From the human T2T-CHM13v2.0 reference genome, Homo sapiens: a stretch of DNA of 64,000 nucleotides. The stretch lies in the NCBI RefSeq assembly GCF_009914755.1, contig NC_060939.1; one strand, written 5' to 3'. The position numbers and the translations under genes were made by a program. The stretch's first letter is position 1. Each line of letters begins with the position of its first letter. Below the pieces are notes generated by a model, which saw only the letters and a program-made list of their open reading frames with translations, was not told the DNA's origin and searched no databases. This document shows positions 10,823 to 21,593 of the stretch, piece after piece.

Positions 10823-13800
10823 CCTACCACCAACGAAAAGAGATGGACTCCTTCCCCCCGCCACACACACACTATAGGCTGCTGTTTTGTAACTTTTCCT
10901 TTAAAGCCCGTTCCTACTGATGAAGCTAATTGATGACACCTGAGTCTTTTTGCATTCACGTGCTGGGGGAAAAGCAGGTGAGCTCCTGTGTGATTTCCCT
11001 ATTTAGAGGTCTGTGAAAGCTGCAGAGGGCTGAGTTCTATCACTGATTTGAACTTTCTTCGTGGAGACTTTCTTCCTTCATGGAGACTTTCTTCCTTCGT
11101 GGTGAGTTGTATGGAACAAGATAAAGCAACACGGCAATTTTGTAAGGTAGTAGAGTAGGGGTGCTTGCTTTTTATAGAGTCTTAAAACTGGCTTCTGTAG
11201 CAAGATGCCTGAGTTGGCTTCCAGTGGGGAGTGGTATTATTAATGATATTATCATGCTTTCCCTTTCTTCCACCAACGCATAATCCAACACATTAAAACT
11301 ATGACTTGAACAAGAAAAACACTCTGAACCTTCTTTTATAAGTATTGCAGTACCCTTTTCTTACCTCTGCTCTTTGAGCCACAGTTTGGGTCAATCATAC
11401 TGACCTAAAGTCAAGACAGCATGGACGGGTAAATTTGCAATACAACAGCTTGCCTTAACCACCCACTATGGTCTGGTCACCCTGAAATAACTGTTGGTTC
11501 TGTAACATATATTTTCTGGTTACTGGAACATGTGAAAGGCATTAGCAGCCCAGGGCCAAATATGAGCGAATGCCCTTCTTTAGCTGCAGCATGGGAAGTG
11601 TCCCCCTTGAGAGTGTTATTTAGCGGTCTCTTCTGCTCGGCTATTATGAGGTCTTAAAAACAGTACTGCTTTGTTGGGGCAATCATCCTGAAGGGCAAGT
11701 GAGCTAAGACATCCTTGAATGTATCATCTCCTGATGATAGAAGCACTGTTTACACTCATAGAGCACTTTTAACTTCTCACAGCTCATTTAAAAAATTATT
11801 AATTTTATCCTTGCAATAGCCCTGGTCAGGCTGGGTGGTAACCTTGTTGTCTCAGGCGTCTGATTTCACAAGTACACTGTATAGTGCATGAATTTAAGTC
11901 ACCTGGTAAAATCCTCTGACCAGTCTTCCAAATCTTACATTCAGCATTCAGCACTATTCAGCACCTATCACTGCCAGCTGAAAACTGTATAGCCATTAAG
12001 ATGATGCTGTAGGAATTCGAGAATTTCTGGCCTGTAGAATAATTTTTTACATGGAAAAACATTTGTAAAATTTTGCTTGAGGAAACAGATTACAAAACAG
12101 TATGTGAACATGACAGTGTGATGTCATATGGAAAAAGGATATGTCACCTTTAAGACGTGGACCACCATTTAACAGTTTTGAAATAAGGATACATCTCAAA
12201 ATGTGAGTGCTCAACCCCTACAAATGTTGTTATATGGATGACAAATCCTATATTTGACAGCATCTTAGAATAAATACAATCTCTCTTTTTCTCAAATCTG
12301 TACCTATATAAGTAATTTAAAGAATGTCTACCAAAATGTTAACAGTGATTATCTCTGGGTGGGGGCAATGAGTGATTTTGTGTTTTCCAAATCTTTTGTG
12401 TTTTCCAAATTTGAGTACATATTAATTTCAACAATGGCTTTTTGTAAAGATAATATACAAGGCCAAGGACCACAAAGTAGTAGACTGAGAAAGATGAGGT
12501 TCTTCCCATGATTATTATAAAATAATAGATGGAGAAGCCAAACAGCTAAAATCTTCTGCAAGAATGGTTAAAAGCATCTACAGGTTGATTTGGGGGAAAG
12601 GAAATAGAAATTTTAATTTAAATGTTGCATTTCAACATTTAAATTGATCATAGATATTTTGTACAATTTTTGTACAAGACTATCCGGTAGGAAAGAAATT
12701 ATAAGACACTAATAAATTCATACCTGCATCTGTGGTTGATTCATTTACAAGAGTGTTCCTGATAGAATTGGGAGACTAACAATTTACAGGTTACAGATGA
12801 AGAAGAGCCATGAATAACACAGCTGAAGCGGCATGGTTAGTAAATGGCAATGGAATTTGAGTCTCCCAATTTGATTCTCTCCCCAAATACTTGAGGCACA
12901 CAGGAGGCTTTCATAAACCAGTTGTATCAAATATGGGAAAAGCATGAATCAGGTGCTTGTTGTTTCTGTCACACTTCTCATGTAAATTCACAGTCTGCCT
13001 TGGATAAATATTCTTTATTCATCAGTTTAATCTAGAGCACTATTTAGAGCTGATTTATGATGAAAATGTAGACAGGCTGTTTTTGTTAATACTAGGCTGA
13101 ACTTCACATATTAAACAGCTTGGCTACATTTAAGCACCAGCTTTGAAGATGATCCATTCAGCATAAATCCTGCACAGACTAAGAGCATGTCAGTGAGAAC
13201 TGCCCTAGGCAGAGGGGCCCCGGGACGACAATGACTCAAGGACTCAGAAGACTCTGCTGGGATATCAAATTTGTGTTTTGTCAAGTCTTAGCAGGACTTG
13301 GTGCTATTTGTTGTTATGAAATCAAATGCCTTATGGGGCCAGGACTAATTAGGTTGACCATGGTGTCAGCTGCAGGGAGGCAGGCTGTTGGGAATCTGAC
13401 CACAGCTGGATGTGGATGGGCAGTGCCTGCCTCACTGCGTCAGCCACAACCCTGCTATGAGCAACCAAGTCCAGCATCAAATGGCTAGAGACATAGTTAT
13501 TTAAGTGAGCATTTAATGGACTTTACTTTGATATTTTATTTTAGTTTGTATCTTTAATATGAGGCAGTAGAGAAATGAATGGTCAAGAGAGCTGCTATTG
13601 GACATGAGGAATCTTAAAGACTTCGTTTCTGAACCAGGACTCTATAAAGAGGTATGAAACTCAGTAACTGATGAAAGATCTCTTTTGCATGTTTTAATTA
13701 TTTTCTTTTCAACCATGTATAGGTAGAAAATTAAGGCAATGTGCAATGATACTCTTATTCTTTTTAAACTCTGGGCCAATACCTTTAGTGAAATTAACAA

Positions 13801-14744
13801 AATAATTGGGCTTTGTGAAGCGAAGCAAATCTAGACTCCAAATGATAAGATACATGTTTAAAGCTATGAAACTAACTTCACAGTATACAGAGAAGTGCTG
13901 ACTTTGTGTGTGGGGGTGGATGTCTGATGTTTTGAGTAATCGGAGATGAATTGAAATACTTTTGAAGTGTCAATAGTACATTTTTCCAGTAATGTGTATG
14001 CCCAATACAGACTAAATATAAATATCCTTAATAGGTAAATATATCAGAATCTAAAAATTATTTTCAAATTATAAATTTCACTACAGAATAATAATTGACA
14101 ACTTTTCAGTAAACATGTATGATTCATTAATCTAAATTAATGTAATTTTAGAAAACATAAAATGAATCAGATTTTTTCAGTGAAATAGTCATAATTTTGT
14201 CTCCCATTTGCTTCATAGCTAATAATTCAAGTATTTCTAAAAACACTGATCTTAAATGGTTAATAAGTAGACTCTGTGCATAATCACATACATTGGTTCC
14301 TCCAGTGCCTTTGAAATATCTTTCCTCTTAGTTGGGTTTGGCTGAGTTTATCCTTTAACTAAATCTTGGATGGCTTTCAAATGGAAGCCAAAAGAGAGTT
14401 TGTTAGCCATAATTTTAGAGGAGTGGTAAAAAAAAAATGCAATAGCCAAAAAGCATATGGAATATCTTGTCAATTGAAAGATAAACAGTTGTTTTGTATG
14501 GGTACATCTTGCTTATAATAGCAAGCCACATGTTACTGTTCTTTCAGAAGTGTTTTTGCCTCTCCATTTGAGGGATGAATTTGGTCGTAAAATAACAGTT
14601 AGCTTACATCTGGAGGGATGCCTTTTATTAGTAGAAATGATGACAGGATGTAAAATCAAAATATTGCTTGTGCTGTTGCTTTTTAGCTTACCTTGATGAC
14701 TATAAATGATGAAACATCTTGGTGATGTTTAGAGGGAGAAAAAA

Positions 14745-14945
14745 TTCACTTTTATTGAACGTGTATGTGTTCATGTGCTCGTTTAATCTTTACAATGATT
14801 CTAAACGATAAACATTCATCCCTTCTTACCAACTAAAAAATGGGCTTCAGAGCTGTTAAGTAACTTGGCCAACGTCACACAGACTGGGGTGGCTGTGACC
14901 GTGAGACCAAGCTTGTCTGCTCTCAAAGCTCAGGTTCTTCTATAC
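14745..14945 (-). mobile_element. MIR
   Basis: GTTAAGTAACTTGGCCAACGTCACACAG core. Confidence 0.8.
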
Positions 14946-15384
14946 GGTTCTCTTTAGCCAACTGGTTGTTTATGGCAGAACTACTATCATTGAAATAGCT
15001 AATCCAACTAGCATATCAATAAAATTAGGGACCTGTTTATCATTTTAAATGAGGAATTACTATTTACTACTGTGTGTTTTTTTTTTTTTTACTTTTAACT
15101 GTTGAAAACACTAGGCTTCAGTCACTTTTCAAAGTATACAAGTCGAGAAGCTGAGAAGCATTAACCACTACAACAAAGTCTTAATACAAATGAGAATGGA
15201 TAAAGTTCATAATAAAAGTATAAACTGGACTGAAATGATTTAACTTGTTTTTGAAGACTATAAGATAATTTTTCTTTCCAGACAGAATGTATTCCTTTCA
15301 TTTGTATACATAACTTTTATTTTAAAAATTTGTCTTTTTGGTATCAGATGTCAAGTATTTTAGGGGCTGTCTGCTGGAGAAACT

Positions 15385-15603
15385 TGGAAATATAATGAAA
15401 AGAGCATGTATCCTCCAGTCAGATGACCTGAGGTTAAGTCCTGGCTTTGCCACCAACTAGCTGTGTGACCTCGGGAAACTGGTAACCTTGGAAAGCCATG
15501 ATTGTCTCATTTGGTAAATTGAACTAATACTTACCTCCCAGGTGCTGTGAAATCCCCCATGAGATAATGTTTATGGAAACATTAGAAATACGTAAAGTAT
15601 TAT
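15385..15603 (+). mobile_element. MIR
   Basis: GTCCTGGCTTTGCCACCAACTAGCTGTGTGACCTCGGG core. Confidence 0.8.
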
Positions 15604-16142
15604 TTGAATCAAAGGTGATGGTAATTTTTGTCAAACATATAAAACTTTGGTTTTCTTGCAGGAGTATTTTTAATGCAGAAGTTGGCTTAGTGATCTGATC
15701 CAGCAACCATGAGTGGTTTTCATTCCTTGAGGCCATGGTTCTGGCATTGGAGACTGAGGTTATAAACCACTCCTGATTCACTTCATTAAGAATGTGTCTT
15801 GGAGTTTAACTGGGGTGAGATGTGACCTTATAAACTGTCCTGTGTCCCCTCTCAAGGGATTTTCCCTGTGCCTTTTCACTGAGTATATGGCCAAGATTCT
15901 AGGCTGCTAGCACCTGGGACTATGGGAGGTTTTGTCTTGCTTTGATAGTAGAAAGAAAGAGTTGAAGAATTCTGGAGACCCATGAAACCTCCTTGGCATG
16001 CTGATGTATTTTTTTAACCCACATGTAGTATCGTGTTCAATAAATACTTTTTTAAAAATATAAAGCATCATAGTTTAGTCACTTGACTAGCTGATGCTTC
16101 ACTGATACTTACAAGCAAGTAAGGCACGTTGATAGTAATGAT

Positions 16143-16640
16143 GTATATTAACCAAGGCTTATTCAGTTGCAAGTGTCAGAAACCCAACTCAAATGAGGTT
16201 GCAAAGAGGGAAACTTACTTGTTAATCGAACTGGGTAGTCCAGCTGGTGGTTCTGGCTTCAGACCCAGTTAATCTAACGATTTAGACAATGTCATTAGGA
16301 CTCTGCTCTGCTTCCCTTGCTTGGCTCTGCCGTCCTCTGCTTCATTCTTAGGCAGCTTCTCTCTGGGGGTGGGGCAAAGAGGCCCACAGTGGCTGTAGGC
16401 CCATAGCATCCTCACAGGTGTATATCATGGAGAAAAGAATGTGTCACTCCCTTCTCTATAATCCATATTGATTCCTGAAAAGGACTCTCAGTGGCTCTGC
16501 TTAGTTTATGCGCCTACCCTTGAACCAAGCAGTGTACCCAGGAGGACATGTTATTCTGGAGATCCAGTCTGAGTTACCTGCTAACTGCTATGGCTGGAAA
16601 GAGTGTCTAATGGCAGTAGGGAGGTGGGAGGGAAGGGATA
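16143..16640 (-). mobile_element. Old MaLR LTR (MLT1J/K-like)
   Basis: TTCAGTTGCAAGTGTCAGAAACCCAACTCAAA start, typical of late MLT1 in antisense. Confidence 0.65.
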
Positions 16641-17239
16641 TCACAGTAGTTCCATAGAATACCTTCTGTGCTTTGTCATGGGTACATGGAAATAGGAATC
16701 CCATTGGATGCCAAGGAAATGCCTTCTTTTTTTACCACCTTCTCTGATTAGACAGGTGATTAGGGGAGAAGAAGTCCCAAGGAGTGGATCTATTGATAAC
16801 AGATGGCTAGCTCCCTTGGACCAAATGTTTGACCCTCACAGTTTTCATTTCCCCTCTCAGGAATCTTTCAGCTGTCTCTTCCATACCTCTGGCCTCACTC
16901 CACTTCCATAAAATGTCTGTGATCTATCCCCGTCAGCATGACAGTGAAAGTATTGACCCATGATATTTAGTTGCCTCTCAAGAACATTTACTCTGGAGAA
17001 TATTTCAAAGATAACCTTTCAAGAGCTGAGGAATAAAGAATTGCCATGAAACAGTGGTCTCTATTTGGGGTCAGGTTGCCTGCCCTACAAATCCTCAAAT
17101 AGTACAGCAGAGGAAGCCACTTAGTTGGTTTTGGGATACAGGCTGAAGCCTTGTGTTCTGTATGATCAGTTTGAACATAGCTGAAAGTTAACCGTCAGAC
17201 AAGGGCTTGTTAGTCGAAGAGGAAATAACTATCCCAGGC

Positions 17240-18090
17240 CATTTCATTGTTTTTTTTAACAAAAGTTTGTTGAATTCTAAATACATGCCAGATCCTAGTC
17301 TAGATTCTGAGGATAAAGCAAAGTTCCTACCTGAATTGAGTGTTTATTCAGATATATACAAGAAAGGGGATATCTTATTGAATTTGTGCTTCTATAACAA
17401 AATACCACAAACTATGCAATTTATAAACAATAGAAATTTATCTCTTATGGTTTTGGAGGCTGGCAAGTCCAGAATCAAGGCATTGGCAGGAATGGTATCT
17501 GGTGAAGATTGCTCTCTGCTTCCAAGATGACAGCTTGTTGTTGGATTCTCTGAAGGGGAGGAACACTGTGTCTACACGTGGTGGAAGGGACAGAAGGTCA
17601 AGAGGGGTCTAAGCTAGTTTCCCTCAGCCCTTTTATAAAGCACTAATCCATTCATGAGGGCTTTGCCCTCATGGCTTAATCACTATCTTAAAGGCCCCAC
17701 CTCTTAATACCACCACTGTGGGGATCAAGTGTCAACATGAATTTGGAGAGGACATAATTGTTCCAACTATAGTAGAGGGTGACGAAGTAAATACATAATG
17801 TGACAGAAGAGAAGTAAAACAGGGTAAGAAGGATAGGGTATAAATGGGGAGCAGAGTAGCCTTACTGGAAGAGACCTGATGGAGACGAGAGTGAACCATA
17901 GATCTGTGGACAGAGTTGCAGGCAGCAGGAACAGGAAGTCCATGTTCCTGTGGTGGGTCATGCTTGGTGTGACAGAACAGCAGATGAGGCCATGGGAGCT
18001 GCCAGATCACCTGGGGCCTTGGAAGTCACTGTGAGGATGTTGACTTGTACTCTAAGGGAGATGGAAGGGGACTGCAGGGGTGACATGCCA
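17240..18090 (-). mobile_element. L2 fragment interrupted by the MaLR LTR at 17371-17774
   Basis: Antisense L2 motifs on both sides of the LTR (TTTGTTGAATTC...TGCCAG; GCCAGATCACCTGGGGCCTTG...GGATGTTGACTTGTACTCTAAG). Confidence 0.6.
17371..17774 (-). mobile_element. MaLR solo LTR (MLT1A/MST-type)
   Basis: CTATAACAAAATACCACAAACT...GGAGGCTGGCAAGTCCAGAATCAAGG...CAACATGAATTTGG. Confidence 0.85.
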
Positions 18091-18443
18091 TTTCATCCAG
18101 ATACCAAAACCTGAGAGTTTGATAGCTTTGATTTTGTGTCATTGGATGGAGTTAATTGCGATTCACATAGCTTCAAAGTACTGCAGTAGAAACCTTGACC
18201 TATGGTAGTGGAAGAAAGTGAGTAAAGAGAAAATAGAGGCACCTCTAGAAAACAGGAGCATAAAATCTGGAGAAAGGCATTTATTCCCGGCATGGACAGT
18301 GGATTCCTGGCTAACCATAGGTTATTAAGGTTAGTTAACATGTGAGCATTTCCTGTGGCATGTATATATTACTTGTTTCCCCTCTACTCTCATTCAAAAG
18401 AGTTAAAACTGATAGTGTTCCTTTGTACAGCATTGCTTGAGGA

Positions 18444-19291
18444 TAGGGTTGCCTTATTTGGAAAAGGAAAAAAAAATGATATCCCAGTTAAACTTGAATT
18501 TTTTTTTTTCCAGTTTTCATTTTTAGATTCTGGGGGTATGTATGCTGGTTTGTTACCTGGTATATTGCATGATGCTGAGGTTGGGGCATGAATGATCCCA
18601 TCATTCAGGTAATGAGCATAGTACCCAATAGATTTTAAGCTCTTCCCGCACCCCCTTTGCAGTCCCCAGTTGCTACTGTGGGCATCTTTATGTCCATGAG
18701 TACCTAATGCTTAGCTGACACTTATAAGTGAGAACATGTATTCAGTTTTCTGTTTCTGTGTTAATTTGCTTAGGATAATGGCCTCCAGATGGCATCCATG
18801 TTGTGGTAAAGGACACGGTTTTGTTCTTTATCATGGTTGTGTAGTAGTCCATGATATGTGTGTTCCACATCATCTTTATCCAGTCCACTACTGATGGGCA
18901 CCTAGGTTGATTCCATGTCCTTGCTATTGTGAATAGTGCTGTGATAAATATCAATGATTGTGTCTTTTTATTAGAACAATTTTCTTTTGGATATATACCC
19001 AGTAATGAGATTGCTGGGTCAAATGGTAGTTCTGTTTTAAGTTCTTTGAGAAATCTTTAAACTGCTTTCCACAGTGGCTGAACTAAGTTACTTTCTCACT
19101 AATGGTGTATAAGCATTCCCTTTTCTCCTCAGCCTCACTAGCATCGGTTTTTTTGACTTTTTAATAATAGCAATTCTGACTAGTGTGATATGGTATCTCA
19201 TTGTGATTTTGATTCAGATACACAAATATTTTTAAAGTATAAATATGTCCCAAATATTGCATGCCATCCTGTATTTTATCTGGCAATCCTA
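18444..19291. mobile_element. MER53 (hAT MITE) split by an L1 insertion
   Basis: Left part TAGGGTTGCC...CCCAGTTAAACTTGAATT (18444-18500). Right part CAGATACAC...TATGTCCCAAATATTGCATG...CCTGTATTTTATCTGGCAATCCTA (19215-19291). Confidence 0.85.
18500..19214 (-). mobile_element. 5'-truncated L1 (L1PA15/16-like) 3' end
   Basis: Poly-T followed by antisense L1 3'UTR. ORF 18742-18954 (IFITALFTIARTWNQPRCPS) is the L1 ORF2 C-terminus. Confidence 0.92.
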
Positions 19292-19691
19292 GTAGGCAGC
19301 AGAGGACATAAAATTTTAGTATTTTGGGTCTCAACTTCAGTTGCTTCTCCTATAGAATAGAAAAACAAATGGATCTTTAATATTTATAGTCATCTACTTA
19401 GAGTGATCTATGACTAGAAAACTGCTCCTCACAAATCTGTCAGAGGGGAAGTAACATGAAATTCACTCTCTGTGTATGTGTATTCAGATGAGGAAAAAAA
19501 CCCTCCAAATCCTAAATACCGCTTTCTCATAATGCATTAGGGGTTTGCTTTTTGATTGCTAATCAGTGGCCCTTCTGCCAGAGAGTGCTGACAGGCAGAG
19601 GATTTCTATAAACTTTCACTATCTAGTTGGCTTGGCCAATGGCCTAGGTAATTACAACCTATGTACTCGGAGATAAGAAATAGGCCTTCTT

Positions 19692-19854
19692 TAAGTTTTA
19701 ACGTGCATGTGTACAATGTGCAGGTTAGTTACATATGTATACATGTGCCATGTTGGTGTGCTGCGTATAATAAATAAATAAATAAGTAAAAAACAAATCA
19801 CTGATCCAAATAAACTTGAGTTTCAAAAAATCTAAAAAAAAAAAAAAAGAAAAA
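19692..19854 (+). mobile_element. Tiny inverted (twin-primed) L1PA 3' end with 3' transduction
   Basis: Inverted L1 3'UTR segment 19692-19764, sense L1 terminus GTATAATAAA from 19765, unique tag with AATAAA at 19809-19814, poly-A, and TSD AGGCCTTCTT on both sides. Confidence 0.85.
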
Positions 19855-19864
19855 AGGCCTTCTT

Positions 19865-20200
19865 GTTCCCAGAGACACTACCTAGATTCCGCTCTCTCTG
19901 CAGCTCTCTACTCTCTGATACTCTGTCCCGTGAACTCTGGCTGTCTTGGGCTCCCCAGGTGCTCAGCTCTATCTCTTCACCTCAGGCTCCACCTGGGTTT
20001 CTCCTCCCTGTGCCACAGCCTGGCTCTCACAGACAGGAAGTGGGACAGTGGTTGGGCCCACTGTTCTCCAGTTTCTGGTGTCCAGTGTCTTGAAAAACCA
20101 TTGTTCCATATCCAGTATTTTGTCGTTTTAAAATTTTCCCTATTGTTTGGAGTGGGAGGGTCAATCTGATCCTTCTGTTTCATCTTGGCCAGAGGTGGGT
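19865..20200 (-). mobile_element. Old L1M 5' region fragment
   Basis: CTCTCTGCAGCTCTCTACTCTCTG...GTCCAGTGTCTTGAAAAACCATTGTTCCATAT...CATCTTGGCCAGAGG resembles an L1M 5'UTR in antisense. Confidence 0.55.
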
Positions 20201-21239
20201 GTACGAGAGAGAGAATCTTAGGAGTTGCCCACTTCTGGAGTTCTAGCTATGTCTGAAAAATAGCTGAATTAAAACTTATCTCTTAGAGGGGATCAAGAAC
20301 TTGTCTTGTAGACTAAAAAGGCACAAGGTTGTCTAAGGAGTCAGGAAATGCTAGTTCCTGTTCTCTTTCTCCTTTAGGCCTGGATTAAAGAAGGATTGTA
20401 ATCTGAGAAACTCCTGAAAACACCAGGGCCTGTGATCCAGTGATCCTGGAATTTATTTCCCTCACTTCGAGCAGCTCAAAGCAGGCATAAACCCCAAAGA
20501 ACATAGAAGTCAATTTGAAGGAAACTATTTATATTCCCTTATTTTTTTTCTGAACATAGAAAAACCATATATCCCACTGTGTAAACATGGTCTGGGGCTG
20601 TGTGCACAGTGATAAATGATAGTGGGAAGAACAGTATAACTGGCCCATCTAATGCCACCGCCTGGGGAATCTATGCCACAGCACTGATTAAGCAAATCCT
20701 TGGGGCTGATCTGCTAGCTCATCACCCTCAGTGGCATTATTGCTCCTCATGTATTTTTAAATAACTGAACAGGAGCCTTTGATTCTTGAGAACACTTGGT
20801 TTGGCAGGCCCAAGGCTCCTTAATTTAGAATCATTTGAGTTGAATTGGAATGAACAGGCAGGTAGCCTCCATAGTGGAAACCAATTATTCACTACGTGTC
20901 AAGATGTTGAAAATGATTTGTTACAAGTTTAGACAAACTTTTTGTCACTAAAGGTTCATCCTCATTATTCAAACTCAGGAACAGTCATCCGTAATAGATT
21001 TGAGAAGAGAATTTGTCAGGTGAAGAAAGCCGATGTCTCAGAAAGCAATGAGAAGTCTGTGTGTACTTGATTGCCTTATTTTAATCTAATTGTTGGGGAG
21101 AGTTGGAATTGAGGCATAAATGTCTTTCAGAGGATTTAATTCCCCACTGTAAATTCTTTCAGTCTCAGAGTGATATGAGTGGCATGGGCCCCGCACAGCA
21201 TGGCAGTGGGTGGAAGGCCACGAGAGGAACCATGGACGC

Positions 21240-21593
21240 TGTATTAGTCTGTTCTCATGCTCCTAATAAAGACATACCCAAGATTGGGTAATTTATAAAG
21301 GAAAGAGGTTCAATGGACTCACAGTTCCACATGGCTGGGGAGGCCTCACAATCATGGCAGAAGGCAAAGGAGAAGCAAAGGCACATCTTACATGGCGGCA
21401 GGCAACAGAGCTTGTGCAAGGGAACTCACATTTATAAAACCATAAGATCTCGTGAGGCTTATTCACTGCCATGAGAACAGTATGGGGGAAACTGCCCCAT
21501 GATTCATTATCTCCACCTGGCTCTGCTTTTGACACATGGGTATTATTACAATTCAAGGTGAGATTTGGGTGGGGACACAGACCAACCCTATCA
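21240..21593 (-). mobile_element. THE1 (THE1B-like) solo LTR
   Basis: TGTATTAGTCTGTTCTCATGCT...AATAAAGACATACCC...GAGATTTGGGTGGGGACACAG...TATCA, about 350 bp. Confidence 0.95.
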
